From contig CAAEOT010000026.1 of the NCBI GenBank assembly GCA_900757655.1, positions 20,476 to 84,475 on the forward strand: a stretch of DNA of 64,000 bases, written 5' to 3'. Shown here piece after piece: positions 1 to 9,192 of the stretch. The notes beneath the pieces are model-generated. The model saw only the letters and a list, made by a program, of their open reading frames with translations, did no database searches and was not told the DNA's origin. The translations under genes and the position numbers were made by a program. The number at the start of each line of letters is the position of its first letter. Position 1 is the stretch's first letter. The DNA is from an uncultured Oscillospiraceae bacterium (lineage in GTDB: Bacteria; Bacillota; Clostridia; Oscillospirales; Oscillospiraceae).

Positions 1-652
1 AGCCCCACAGGTTCATGCTCACGATCGCCTCGGGGTCGAGCACGACGCCCGCGCCCTCGCCGGACGTGTCGCGGATCGTACCGTCCGGGCAGAGCTGGAT
101 TTTATACGTCTCCTGCACTTTGCACAGCAGACCGCCCTCCGTCGCGCACACGCCGCGCGTCACGGTGCCGAAGGGGCTGACGGTGTTTTTCAGCCGGTAG
201 CCGACCATGGCGGCGTCCTGCGCGCCGTGCAGCTCCGGCAGCGCGGCGGCAATGGCGTCGATGGCGCCGCGGCCGTAAAAATCGTCGGCGTTGATGACGG
301 CAAAGGGCGTCCGGATCACATCGCGCGCGCACAGCACGGCGTGCACGGTGCCGAGCGGCTTGCTGCGCTGCGCCAGCTCCGGCCGCGCCGCGGTGAAGCG
401 GTCCGGCGTCTGGAACGCGTAGTCGATGCGCATGCCGGTGCGCTGCTCGATGCGGTCGCCGAAGAGGTCGCGCACGTCCTGCAGCATCTGCGGCTTGATG
501 ATGAGCACGATGCGGTCAAACCCGGCGCGCAGCGCATCGTAGATCGCGTACTCCATCAGGATCTCGCCGTCGGGGCCGAGGCGCTCGATCTGCTTGACGC
601 CGCCATAACGCGAGCCGAGACCGGCCGCCATCACTACCAGAGTCATATCCAT
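1..652 (-). CDS. Nucleotidyltransferase-family protein (sugar-phosphate NTP-transferase fold); N-terminal part only, ORF continues past window start
   Basis: Minus-strand translation from ATG at 650-652 gives MDMTLVVMAAGLGSRYGGVKQIERLGPDGEILMEYAIYDA..., with the G-rich NTP-transferase loop (AAGxGSR) and no stop before position 1. It is absent from the ORF track because it lacks an in-window stop. Confidence 0.55.
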   Translation of the reverse strand, partial: MDMTLVVMAAGLGSRYGGVKQIERLGPDGEILMEYAIYDALRAGFDRIVLIIKPQMLQDVRDLFGDRIEQRTGMRIDYAFQTPDRFTAARPELAQRSKPLGTVHAVLCARDVIRTPFAVINADDFYGRGAIDAIAAALPELHGAQDAAMVGYRLKNTVSPFGTVTRGVCATEGGLLCKVQETYKIQLCPDGTIRDTSGEGAGVVLDPEAIVSMNLWG

Positions 653-761
653 GTAGATAACCTCATTTTGTCATAGAGTATCACACAGCATAGCACAACC
701 CGGCCGGAAATGTCAAATCCGGCACGGCCCCTTAAATTTCTGCCGCCGGCAGCCCGTGCTC

Positions 762-790
762 TTGCAAAAACGGGACGGGTGGGGTACAAT
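762..790 (+). promoter_or_regulatory. sigma-70-like promoter for the amidase gene (TTGCAA-17-TACAAT)
   Basis: TTGCAA at 762-767, a 17-nt spacer, TACAAT at 785-790. Confidence 0.4.
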
Positions 791-862
791 CTGCTTCGAC
801 AAAGGTTGTCATAATTCCCATGAAGGAGGACGGGCGCGCATCCCGGCGCACCCGGATGAACG

Positions 863-2212
863 ATGAAGCGGATCTTATCTTTCTTTCTCACGCTGGTGCT
901 GACGGCGGCACTGCTGTGCCCGGCGGCGCTGGCGGTGAACGAGACTGCCGTCAAGGACAGGGACTGGGTGTACATCACGCTCGACCCCGGCCACGGCGGC
1001 GACGGCGCGGGCGGCAACGACTCCGGCGCGGTCAACGAAAAATATGGGTACCAGGAGGCGGATCTTGTGCTCAAGATCGGCCTGTACTTAAAAGAGGAGC
1101 TCGAGACCTACCGCAATGTCCACGTGGACATGACGCGCTCGGACAGCTACGGCACGCGCTATACTCCCCTGAGAGAGGTGAAGCAGCGCGTGGACTTCGC
1201 GGCCGAACAATGCTCCGACCTGCTCGTGAGCCTGCACCTGAACTCTGCCGGCAGCAATCAGTCCGTGCACGGCGGGCTGATCCTTGCCAGCAACGGCAAC
1301 TATGATCCCGACTGCGCGAAGGTCATCGACGCCGTCGGTACGAATATTCTCGCGCAGCTCAGCCGGCTCGGCATCGACACGAGCCGCGGCCTCATCAAAG
1401 AGGGCTCGCACGACGGTACGCTCTATCCCAACGGCAAGCTCGCCGACTATTACGGCATCGTCCGCTACGGCCAGCTCCGGCACATCCCGGCCATGATCGT
1501 CGAGCACTGCTTCGTCAGCAGCAACAGTGACTGCGAGCAGTTCCTCTCGAGCGATGCCAAGCTCCGGGCCATTGCGCAGGCGGACGCGCGCGGCATCGCG
1601 GCCTATTACGGCCTTGAGAAGAAGGACCCCGGCGAGGTCGATGTCGAGCCGCTGTTCCGCGACTGCCGCAGCCACTGGGCGAAGGACTATGTCAACCGCG
1701 CAGCGGACGCCGGCTGGGTCAACGGCGTGGGAGGCGGCCTGTTCCAGCCGAACGGCACGCTCACGCGCGCCATGTTCGTGACCATGCTCGCGGGTCTTGC
1801 GGGCGTGGACGAGGCGGACTATCCCGGCAGCACGTTCTCAGACGTTTCGGTGGGGCAGTGGTACGCGCCCAGCGTGGCGTGGGCCGCGTCGGAGGGCATC
1901 GTCTCCGGCACGGGCGACGGGCGCTTCGAGCCGAACCGGAACATCACGCGCCAGGAGATGGCGCAGATCATGGCCGGCTACCTCGCCTGGAAGGGCGTGG
2001 ACACGCACCCGACCGCCGATCCCTCGGCCTACAACATTCCCGACCGTGCCGACATCGCCCCCTGGGCGCTCGACAGTGTCTGTTTCTGCTATGAAAAGGG
2101 GCTGCTGTCCGGCGGCGACCACGGCTTTGCTCCGCTGGACAATGCCACGCGCGCGCAGGCGTGCGTCGTGCTGTGCGGGCTCAATGACTTTCTGCGCAAG
2201 ACCGAAGGTTGA
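863..2212 (+). CDS. N-acetylmuramoyl-L-alanine amidase (Amidase_3) with signal peptide and three C-terminal SLH domains
   Basis: Hydrophobic N-terminal signal. Motifs DPGHGG, EADLVLKIG, SLHLNS and IVEHCFVS. Three SLH-like repeats (WAKDYVNRAADAGWVNG.., WYAPSVAWAASEGIVSG.., IAPWALDSVCFCYEKGLLSG). Confidence 0.85.
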   Translation: MKRILSFFLTLVLTAALLCPAALAVNETAVKDRDWVYITLDPGHGGDGAGGNDSGAVNEKYGYQEADLVLKIGLYLKEELETYRNVHVDMTRSDSYGTRYTPLREVKQRVDFAAEQCSDLLVSLHLNSAGSNQSVHGGLILASNGNYDPDCAKVIDAVGTNILAQLSRLGIDTSRGLIKEGSHDGTLYPNGKLADYYGIVRYGQLRHIPAMIVEHCFVSSNSDCEQFLSSDAKLRAIAQADARGIAAYYGLEKKDPGEVDVEPLFRDCRSHWAKDYVNRAADAGWVNGVGGGLFQPNGTLTRAMFVTMLAGLAGVDEADYPGSTFSDVSVGQWYAPSVAWAASEGIVSGTGDGRFEPNRNITRQEMAQIMAGYLAWKGVDTHPTADPSAYNIPDRADIAPWALDSVCFCYEKGLLSGGDHGFAPLDNATRAQACVVLCGLNDFLRKTEG

Positions 2213-2256
2213 CTTCCTGCGCTTTCGGGGTATAATAAGGTCAACATACTGTCGAA

Positions 2257-3126
2257 ATGGAGGAATCCACCACTATGAGTGACAATCACACCCACACGGA
2301 AACACCCGAAAACTGCACGCACGACTGTTCGACCTGCGGCGAGGCCTGTGCCCAGCATGAGCCGGAATCCCTGCAGCAGCCGCTGCGTCCCGGCTCCCGC
2401 GTCGATAAGGTCATCGCGGTCGTGTCCGGCAAGGGCGGCGTTGGCAAGAGCCTCGTGACGAGCCTGCTCGCCTGCGAGATGCAGCGCCGCGGCCATCAGG
2501 CCGCCGTGCTCGATGCCGACATCACCGGCCCGTCTATCCCGCAGGCCTTCGGCGTCCACGGCGGCGCCATGGGCGGCGAGGACTTCCTGTATGCCAACCG
2601 CACCCGCACCGGAATCGAGATCATGTCCATCAACCTCCTGCTCCCGAACGAGACCGACCCCGTCGTCTGGCGCGGCCCGGTCATCGCCGGCGCCGTGACC
2701 CAGTTCTGGACCGACGTCCAGTGGGACAACGTGAACTATATGTTCGTCGACATGCCTCCCGGAACGGGCGACGTGCCGCTGACGGTGTTCCAGTCCCTGC
2801 CCGTGGCGGGCGTGGTCGTCGTCACGTCCCCGCAGGAGCTCGTCGGCATGATCGTCGACAAGGCCGTCAACATGGCCGACATGATGCACGTGCCCGTGCT
2901 CGGCATCGTCGAGAACATGGCCTACTACACCTGCCCGGACTGCGGCAAGCAGCACGCCATCTTCGGTGAGAGCCACATTGAGGCCATCGCCGCCAAGCAC
3001 GGCATCCCCAACACGGCCAAGCTGCCCATCGACCCCGCCATCGCGGCGGCGTGCGACGCGGGCAAGATCGAGGACGTGCAGGGCGACTGGCTCAGCAGCC
3101 TCGCCGACGCCATCGAGGGCAAGTAA
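2257..3126 (+). CDS. mrp: Mrp/NBP35-family Fe-S cluster carrier ATPase (ApbC)
   Basis: P-loop VSGKGGVGKS, ParA/MinD-like fold, CPDCG motif, N-terminal Cys-rich segment CTHDCSTCGEAC. Confidence 0.85.
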   Translation: MEESTTMSDNHTHTETPENCTHDCSTCGEACAQHEPESLQQPLRPGSRVDKVIAVVSGKGGVGKSLVTSLLACEMQRRGHQAAVLDADITGPSIPQAFGVHGGAMGGEDFLYANRTRTGIEIMSINLLLPNETDPVVWRGPVIAGAVTQFWTDVQWDNVNYMFVDMPPGTGDVPLTVFQSLPVAGVVVVTSPQELVGMIVDKAVNMADMMHVPVLGIVENMAYYTCPDCGKQHAIFGESHIEAIAAKHGIPNTAKLPIDPAIAAACDAGKIEDVQGDWLSSLADAIEGK

Positions 3127-3204
3127 TTTTCATTTGGAATCGCAATCATAGGAACCCGCGCGGCTTGTGCCGGGACCATGCCCTTATGTGCCATGGCGAA
3201 GGGA

Positions 3205-3257
3205 ACAGAGCCGCGGGGGAGCTCGAGGGGGTAAGGCCCGCCTCGAATGAAATCTGG
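3205..3257 (+). repeat. Copy A of a recurrent ~45-nt GC-rich stem-loop element (ACAGAGCCGCGGGGGAGCTCGAGGGGGTAAGGCCCGCCTCG-AATGAAATCT)
   Basis: Near-identical to the copies at 49041, 49134 and 51616. Stem CGAGGGGG/CCCGCCTCG with compensatory changes between copies. Confidence 0.6.
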
Positions 3258-3265
3258 ATTTGAAG

Positions 3266-3340
3266 TCTGCCCCCAAAGCCCACATCGGGCTTTGGGGGCA
3301 GACTGAAAAAACCGCTCTGCATTTTGCAGAGCGGTTTTTT
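3266..3340. terminator. 17-bp perfect hairpin followed by a bidirectional rho-independent terminator between convergent mrp and the DUF2804 gene
   Basis: GTCTGCCCCCAAAGCCC-ACATC-GGGCTTTGGGGGCAGAC, then AAAAAACCGCTCTGCATTTTGCAGAGCGGTTTTTT. Confidence 0.7.
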
Positions 3341-3348
3341 GCTGCGTT

Positions 3349-4392
3349 TCACCATTTATTGATGACCTTCTCGGCGAAGCCGGGGAGGTCTTTGACATTC
3401 AGTACCGTGCCGTCGTCGAGCACGGCGCGGCCGTTGAACACGCCGAACACCTGGTGTTGGTCGGACTTGATGAGTCCCACGTTTGAGCAGCTCGCGCGGT
3501 CGAGCACGGGGGTGTAGTCCATCTCAAAGCGGCCGTCGTCGCTCGTGAAGGTCCAGGGCCGCATGTAGTCCGGCGTGGCCCTGCCGCCGTCGCCGGGGAT
3601 GTGGAAGGTGACCTGGCTGAGCTTGTGCGCCCGGCCCTTGTAAAAGAGCATGTTCTCGCTCGCGGCGCTCGTGTTGCCGAAGCCGTAGCCGATGTTGAAG
3701 CCGAATTTCTCCCCGTCCACGAGACCGGAGGCGCTGCCCCAGTACCACGTGTTTTTGTACGTCCACACGCCGCGGCCCCAGTCGAGCACGGCGAAGCTGT
3801 CCGCCGGGTCGAAGGTATATGTGCGGTTGTGGTAGCCGTAGGTCACGGTGCCCTCGGCGCGCATACAGTTGATCTTCTGATTGTAGTAGAAGTGCTTGTC
3901 CTTGTCAAAGGGCGTGGCGATGACCATGGACTCAGACGGGATGTCCGTGAGCGTGACCTTCGCGTACAGCGAGCCCTCGGGGCCAAAGTTTTTCATCTGC
4001 GCGATGAGCACGCGGCGGTCTCCCTCATTCTTGAAGAGAATGCTGTAGTTCCGGCCGGAGCTGCCCACGTCGCCGGTCTCGCTGCTCTCGGGCAGGCCGA
4101 CGCGGCCGTTGGTGAAGGCCTTCATCGGGCTTTTCGTGATCTCCCATCCCTCGTCGAGGTTGAGCAGGGAGATGGAGTCGAGCCCCATGTAGCTGTTGTC
4201 CGCGATGGTCAGCGCCAGGGCGAAGTGGCCGTTGTTGATGCAGTAGTAGTCCCATTCCTTGATGCGCAGCTTGTTGGCTTTGATGTCATTCCGGCGGTAG
4301 ACGGGCAGCAGGGTCTTCGCGTAGCCAGGCTCTGTCAGGTTGCCGCTCGCGTCGAGCAGGGGGCGGCGCTCGGTGATCTCGTGCTGATTCAT
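3349..4392 (-). CDS. DUF2804-family protein
   Basis: ORF 3349..4785 trimmed to the internal ATG at 4390-4392 (MNQHEITERRPLL..) preceded by AAAGGAG. The N-terminal 131 aa of the long ORF are Arg-rich antisense-like junk. The start overlaps the dnaI stop (ATGA). Confidence 0.6.
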   Translation of the reverse strand: MNQHEITERRPLLDASGNLTEPGYAKTLLPVYRRNDIKANKLRIKEWDYYCINNGHFALALTIADNSYMGLDSISLLNLDEGWEITKSPMKAFTNGRVGLPESSETGDVGSSGRNYSILFKNEGDRRVLIAQMKNFGPEGSLYAKVTLTDIPSESMVIATPFDKDKHFYYNQKINCMRAEGTVTYGYHNRTYTFDPADSFAVLDWGRGVWTYKNTWYWGSASGLVDGEKFGFNIGYGFGNTSAASENMLFYKGRAHKLSQVTFHIPGDGGRATPDYMRPWTFTSDDGRFEMDYTPVLDRASCSNVGLIKSDQHQVFGVFNGRAVLDDGTVLNVKDLPGFAEKVINKW

Positions 4393-5369
4393 GCTTCGCG
4401 CTCCTTTTTGATCTGCCGGATGTCCCGTCCCACGAACGGGAGCGTCTGGTATTCGCCCTCGATGCGCGACAGGATCTGCGGCGTGTATTTTTTCTGCAGC
4501 TCCTCGTTGGAGCAGTTCGTGCTGATGATGGTGGCCTTTTTGCGCGTCAGGCGCGTGTTGATGAGCGTGTAGAGCGCGCTCGTGGAATAGGCCGTGATCA
4601 TCTCGGTGCCGAGATCGTCGAGGATCATCAGGTCGCAGCCGAGATACTGCTCCACGCGCTGCGCGGCGGCCTCGCCGTCGGCGCTGCTGCGCTGGAACTT
4701 TGCGCACTCGAACGCGTCGAGCGCGCTCGCGGCCGTCTCGTAGGCGACGGCGTAGCCCGCGCCCGCGACGACACGCGCGATGCACGCCGACAGGTATGTC
4801 TTGCCCAGCCCCGTGCCGCCCTGCAGCAGCAGGTTCATCGTCCCGGGGCGGAACGTCTGCGCAAACGTGCGGCAGACCTGAAACACGCGCTCCATCTTCG
4901 GCCGCGCGCTCTCGTCGTAGAGCGTCAGGTCGAAGTGCTCAAACGACTCGTCGCCGTGCTGCAGCAGGCGACTGAGGTCGCGCGTGAGCTCGGCGTTGTA
5001 GCGCCGCAGCAGGCATTCGCACGGCTGCCCCTGCACGTAGCCCGTGTCATGGCAGTGGGGGCAGTCGTAAAGATCGTCGGTATAATCCACCGGCAGGTGG
5101 TACGCCGTCAGCAGCTCGGCGCGCTGCGCCTGCGTGTCGAGGTTCGCGCGCTCGAGCGCGCGCAGCTCGTCCGTCGGGTCGCTGCCGTGGCGCATCGTCA
5201 GACCGACGAGCGTGATCATCTGCTGCTGCAGCGTCTGGTCGAGCGCGCGCAGCCCGGGCACGCGGCGGTACGCATCGTCCACGCGGCGGCGGTGTTCGCG
5301 CTCATTTTCCGCGCGCCGCTGCGCGATCTGCTCGCGGGCGCGCGCCAGATAGATCCCATTGCGGGCCAT
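4389..5369 (-). CDS. dnaI: Primosomal helicase loader DnaI (DnaC/IstB-type AAA+ ATPase) with N-terminal zinc-binding motif
   Basis: Walker A GGTGLGKTYL and Walker B ILDDLG. N-terminal CPHCHDTGYV..C..C zinc motif. It lies directly downstream of a DnaD-domain gene. Confidence 0.75.
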   Translation of the reverse strand: MARNGIYLARAREQIAQRRAENEREHRRRVDDAYRRVPGLRALDQTLQQQMITLVGLTMRHGSDPTDELRALERANLDTQAQRAELLTAYHLPVDYTDDLYDCPHCHDTGYVQGQPCECLLRRYNAELTRDLSRLLQHGDESFEHFDLTLYDESARPKMERVFQVCRTFAQTFRPGTMNLLLQGGTGLGKTYLSACIARVVAGAGYAVAYETAASALDAFECAKFQRSSADGEAAAQRVEQYLGCDLMILDDLGTEMITAYSTSALYTLINTRLTRKKATIISTNCSNEELQKKYTPQILSRIEGEYQTLPFVGRDIRQIKKEREA

Positions 5370-5381
5370 GCCGGTCCCTCC

Positions 5382-6380
5382 TTAGGTGTTGGTCTGCTCC
5401 ATCTTGCGGAGCAGCTGTTCCACGCGGTCGAGATCGTCGCGCTCGGCCGCCGGGGCGGCGGTATTCGCCGCGCGGCGCTTGTTCGCTGCGCGCGGGTCGC
5501 CGGTCTCGATCTCCTCGGGCGTGTGCAGTCCTTTTTCGTGCCAGCTCATGAGGATGCGGTTGAGGTACGCCCACTTGCGCGCCCCGGTCGCCACGACCGT
5601 GCGGTCGTATGCCTCGGCGATGGCGTCGCAGCCGAAGCCCATGTCCAGCCAGCTGGCGATGTAGCCGCGCTCGGTGCGGCTCGGCGCACGGTCATGGATC
5701 TGCAGCACCTGCAGCACCTGCTGCGCCAGCTCCTGCCGCGCCTGTCTGCGCTGTAAGTATTCCTCCGCCTGCGCCGTCGTGTGGATCTCCTGATCGGCCC
5801 ACTCGTAGGCCTCCTTTTCGATCCGGCGCATCGTCGGCGTGCCGGCGTGGCCGCGCTCGGCGCGGTATTCCTGAAACACGTAGTGGATCAGCTCCATGAG
5901 CACGTCGGCCGGGAGACCCAGATAGTCGCGCAGGCCCAGGAGCATATTCATCTCGGGCGTTGTGAGCTTGCGGCCGTAGAGCTGCTCGGCCTCGCGGCGC
6001 ACGGTCTGCATCGGCTCGTCGCTGAGCATCCGGCTGGCGATGTCCTCGGCCGTGTACTGCGGCAGTTCAGCCGCGGGCACGAGCTTCGGCTCGGCCGTGA
6101 CCGGCTTGTCCGCGGCGGCTGCCGTGCGGCCGGCCGGGGCGGGCGCCGCCCTCCCTGCGGCGGAGACGAGCCCAAGCGCGCACAGCCGCTCCATCGTCTG
6201 GCGCAGTTCGCGCTCCGTCAGGCCGATGCTCTCGGCGGGAAACGGCTTTCCGCCGGCGCGCAGCAGCGCCAGATATGTCAGGGCGCAGCGCCCGTCTTTT
6301 TCCCGCAGCAGCTTGTCCACTTCCTCGACCGGCAGCGACAGGCACACCGGCCGCGACAGCGTAAATTCGGCTCGATCCAT
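5382..6380 (-). CDS. DnaD-domain replication initiation/membrane attachment protein (DnaB/DnaD-like)
   Basis: N-terminal winged-helix-like region and a C-terminal DnaD domain (..KWAYLNRILMSWHEKGLHT..). It is in an operon with dnaI. Confidence 0.65.
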   Translation of the reverse strand: MDRAEFTLSRPVCLSLPVEEVDKLLREKDGRCALTYLALLRAGGKPFPAESIGLTERELRQTMERLCALGLVSAAGRAAPAPAGRTAAAADKPVTAEPKLVPAAELPQYTAEDIASRMLSDEPMQTVRREAEQLYGRKLTTPEMNMLLGLRDYLGLPADVLMELIHYVFQEYRAERGHAGTPTMRRIEKEAYEWADQEIHTTAQAEEYLQRRQARQELAQQVLQVLQIHDRAPSRTERGYIASWLDMGFGCDAIAEAYDRTVVATGARKWAYLNRILMSWHEKGLHTPEEIETGDPRAANKRRAANTAAPAAERDDLDRVEQLLRKMEQTNT

Positions 6381-6437
6381 GCAATTACCCCTCGGGTCTG
6401 TAGAAATTCATGATAGATTCACATTATAGCATGAAAA

Positions 6438-6472
6438 TTGACTTGTAGCAAGAGCGCCTGCTGTGCTATAAT
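6438..6472 (+). promoter_or_regulatory. Extended -10 promoter (TGcTATAAT) for the U32 peptidase gene
   Basis: TGCTATAAT at 6464-6472, TTGACT at 6438-6443 (spacing not ideal). Confidence 0.4.
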
Positions 6473-6505
6473 GCTATATGTATGACTATAACTGGGAGTG
6501 GGTCT

Positions 6506-8599
6506 ATGCTGGAACTGCTGGCGCCTGCGGGCAACCTCGATGCCGTCATTGCGGCGGTGCAAAACGGGGCGGACGCGGTGTATATGGGCTTTGGCGACGG
6601 GTTCAACGCGCGCCGGAGCGCCGATAATTTCACACAGGAGTCGTTTGCCAAGGCCGTGCGCTACTGCCACATCCGCGGCTGCAAGGTCTACGTCACGCTC
6701 AACACCCTCGTGGGCGACCGCGAGATGGACGCCGCCGCCGCGCTCGCGCAGCAGGCGTCGGACGCCGGGGCGGACGCGATCCTTGTGCAGGATCTGGGCC
6801 TCGCGCGCGTGCTGCGCGCCGCCCTGCCGGACATTCCGCTGCACGCCAGCACGCAGATGAGCATCCACAATCTCGCCGGGGTCGAGGCCGCGGCCGAGAT
6901 GGGCATCACCCGCGCCGTGCTCGCGCGCGAGCTCTCGCTCGAGCAGATCCGCTTCATCTCGCAGCACGCGAGCATCGAAACCGAGGTGTTCGTGCACGGG
7001 GCGCTGTGCTTCTGCTATTCCGGCCAGTGCTATATGAGCGCGCTCATCGGCCGCCGCAGCGGCAACCGCGGCGCCTGCGCGCAGCCGTGCCGCATGCAGT
7101 ACAGCATGGGCGGCCGCATGGACGAGTACCCGCTGAGCCTGCGCGACAACTGCCTGGCAGACTACTTGCAGCAGCTCGCCGACGCGGGCGTCGCCTGCGT
7201 GAAGATCGAGGGCCGCATGAAGCGGCCGGAGTACGTCGCCGTGGTCACGGACGTGTACGCCCGCTGCATTCATGAGCACCGCGTGCCCACGCCGGAGGAA
7301 AACGACCGGCTCGCGCTGGCGTTTTCGCGCCAGGGTTTCACGCAGGGCTACCTGCTCGGCAAAAAGGGGCCGGACATGCTTGGCACCCGCGCGGCCGAGC
7401 CCGACCGCGAGACCGAGAAGATGTTTACCGCCGCGCGCAAGGCGTATGCCGACGGCGAGCGCCGCCGCGTGCCCGTGAAGTTTTATGCCAAGGTGCAGAG
7501 CGGCGAGCCGGTCATGGCCGCCGTCATGGACGCCGAGGGGCACCGCGCCGTGCTCACCGGCCCCGTGCCGGAGCCCGCGCAGCGCGCGCCGCTGACCGCG
7601 CAGAGCCTCGCCGACCAGTTTGCCAAAACGGGCGGCACGCCCTACTATTCCACCGGCACTGAGAGCCGCATCGACCCGGACCTCTATCTCCCGGCTGCCG
7701 CCGTCAACGACCTGCGCCGCCGGCTCATTACCGGCCTGAAGGAGGAGCGCGCGGCCCTGCCCGAGCGGCGGAGCCTGCCGCTGCCGCAGCTCCCGGAGGG
7801 GAAACGCTATTTTGCAGACCCCGTGCTCATCGTGCAGGTGCATCAGGCCGAGCAGCTCACGCAGGAGCTTGCCGCGCTGCGCCCGGCGTATGTGTACGTG
7901 CCGGTCGAGATCCTTGACACGGATTTCCCGCGCCTTGCCCCGTTTCTGGAGCAGGGGGCGCAGGTCGCGGCGGTGCTGCCGCGCGTCATCACGGACGATC
8001 AGGCCGAGGACATGCACGCTATGCTGGGGCGCGCCGCCGAAAACGGCGTGCAGGAAGCGCTCGTCGGCAACATGGGGCACATCTTCTTCGCCCGCCGCGC
8101 CGGTATGCGCGTGCGCGGCGACTTCGGGCTCAATGTCTTCAACTCCTTCACGGAGGAAGTGCTGCAGCAGGCCGGTCTCGTGAGCGCAACGGCGTCGTTC
8201 GAGCTGCGCGTGGCGCAGATCCGCGACCTCGCCAAAAGCATCGACACGGAGATGATCGTCTACGGCCGCCTGCCATGCATGATCACCGAGCAGTGCATCA
8301 TCCGCAACAGCGCGGGCCGCTGCAACTGCAAGGTGCCCAACAATCTGGCCGACCGGCGCGGGGCGCTGTTCCCGGTGCTGCCGGCGTTCGGCCACCGCAA
8401 CCAGATCTTCAACGCGCACAAGCTCTACCTCGCCGACAAGCATGAGGACTATGAAACGGCGGGGCTCTGGGGTGTGCGCCTCATGTTCACGACCGAGACG
8501 CCGCATGAGTGCGTCGCGGTCACGCAGAGCTACCTGGGCCTGACGGATTACCGCCCGAACGGGCTGACCCGCGGGCTGTATTATCGGGGCGTGGAATGA
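6506..8599 (+). CDS. Peptidase U32 family protein (collagenase-like PrtC/YhbU with C-terminal DUF3656)
   Basis: ORF 6482.. trimmed to the ATG at 6506 (MLELLAPAGN.., GGGAG RBS). U32 hallmark LELLAPAGN...AVYMG and conserved Cys-rich core. Confidence 0.8.
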   Translation: MLELLAPAGNLDAVIAAVQNGADAVYMGFGDGFNARRSADNFTQESFAKAVRYCHIRGCKVYVTLNTLVGDREMDAAAALAQQASDAGADAILVQDLGLARVLRAALPDIPLHASTQMSIHNLAGVEAAAEMGITRAVLARELSLEQIRFISQHASIETEVFVHGALCFCYSGQCYMSALIGRRSGNRGACAQPCRMQYSMGGRMDEYPLSLRDNCLADYLQQLADAGVACVKIEGRMKRPEYVAVVTDVYARCIHEHRVPTPEENDRLALAFSRQGFTQGYLLGKKGPDMLGTRAAEPDRETEKMFTAARKAYADGERRRVPVKFYAKVQSGEPVMAAVMDAEGHRAVLTGPVPEPAQRAPLTAQSLADQFAKTGGTPYYSTGTESRIDPDLYLPAAAVNDLRRRLITGLKEERAALPERRSLPLPQLPEGKRYFADPVLIVQVHQAEQLTQELAALRPAYVYVPVEILDTDFPRLAPFLEQGAQVAAVLPRVITDDQAEDMHAMLGRAAENGVQEALVGNMGHIFFARRAGMRVRGDFGLNVFNSFTEEVLQQAGLVSATASFELRVAQIRDLAKSIDTEMIVYGRLPCMITEQCIIRNSAGRCNCKVPNNLADRRGALFPVLPAFGHRNQIFNAHKLYLADKHEDYETAGLWGVRLMFTTETPHECVAVTQSYLGLTDYRPNGLTRGLYYRGVE

Positions 8600-8619
8600 C
8601 CCGCCCGGGAGGAACGACC

Positions 8620-9192
8620 ATGAACTGGATCCTTGCCTCCGGCTCCCCGCGCCGGCGGGAGCTGCTGGAGATGCTCGGCGTGCCGGACCTGACGATCCGG
8701 TCGGCCACCGGCCCCGAGCGCGCGACGCCGGGCGCCGGCCCGGAGCAGACCGTGCGCGAGCTGTCGCTGCACAAGGCGCAGGAGGTCGCGCAGACCTGCG
8801 CGCCGGAGGACATCATCATCGCGGCGGATACGATCGTGTATCTCGACGGCGCCATCCTCGGCAAGCCGAAGGATCATGACGATGCCGTGCGCATGCTCAC
8901 GGCCCTGTCCGGGCGCGAGCACATCGTCTACACCGGCGTCGCCGTGTTGCGCGGCGGCGAGCTGCGGCAGGCGGCCGAGCACACGGCCGTGCGCTTTCGC
9001 GCACTCACGCCCGCGGAGATCGAGCGCTACATCGCCACCGGCGAGCCGATGGACAAGGCCGGGGCCTACGGCATTCAGGGCCGCGGCGCGCTGTTCGTCG
9101 CGCATCTGGACGGCGATTATTTCAACGTGATGGGCCTGCCGCTGTGCAGGCTGGGACAACTGCTGAACGAACTGGGAGTCGAGTTGCTTTGA
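8620..9192 (+). CDS. maf: Maf-like nucleoside triphosphate pyrophosphatase (septum formation protein Maf)
   Basis: MNWILASGSPRRRELL... start after a GGGAGGAA RBS. Maf family signature. Confidence 0.85.
   Translation: MNWILASGSPRRRELLEMLGVPDLTIRSATGPERATPGAGPEQTVRELSLHKAQEVAQTCAPEDIIIAADTIVYLDGAILGKPKDHDDAVRMLTALSGREHIVYTGVAVLRGGELRQAAEHTAVRFRALTPAEIERYIATGEPMDKAGAYGIQGRGALFVAHLDGDYFNVMGLPLCRLGQLLNELGVELL

Noticed and set aside
6419-8506. 695-aa minus-strand ORF, and similar long ORFs antisense to genes I call (14364..16412, 16243..18033, 19208..20770, 31967..33511, 35399..36919, 38649..40601, 46181..48145, 49967..51553, 53851..55350, 62373..63728)
   Set aside because: They are exactly antisense to strongly supported conserved genes (U32 peptidase, aspS, comM, cinA, SNF transporter, ABC-2 permease, mnmG, pckG, ppiC-type, hexokinase, MMPL). 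The products are Arg/Ala/Gly-rich low-complexity with no motifs, the typical stop-codon-poor antisense frames of a high-GC genome.
9144-9192. 49-nt out-of-frame overlap between maf and mreC as a programmed frameshift or fusion
   Set aside because: An in-frame TTG at 9189 gives a conventional mreC start with a 4-nt overlap. The ATG at 9144 is simply the longest ORF.
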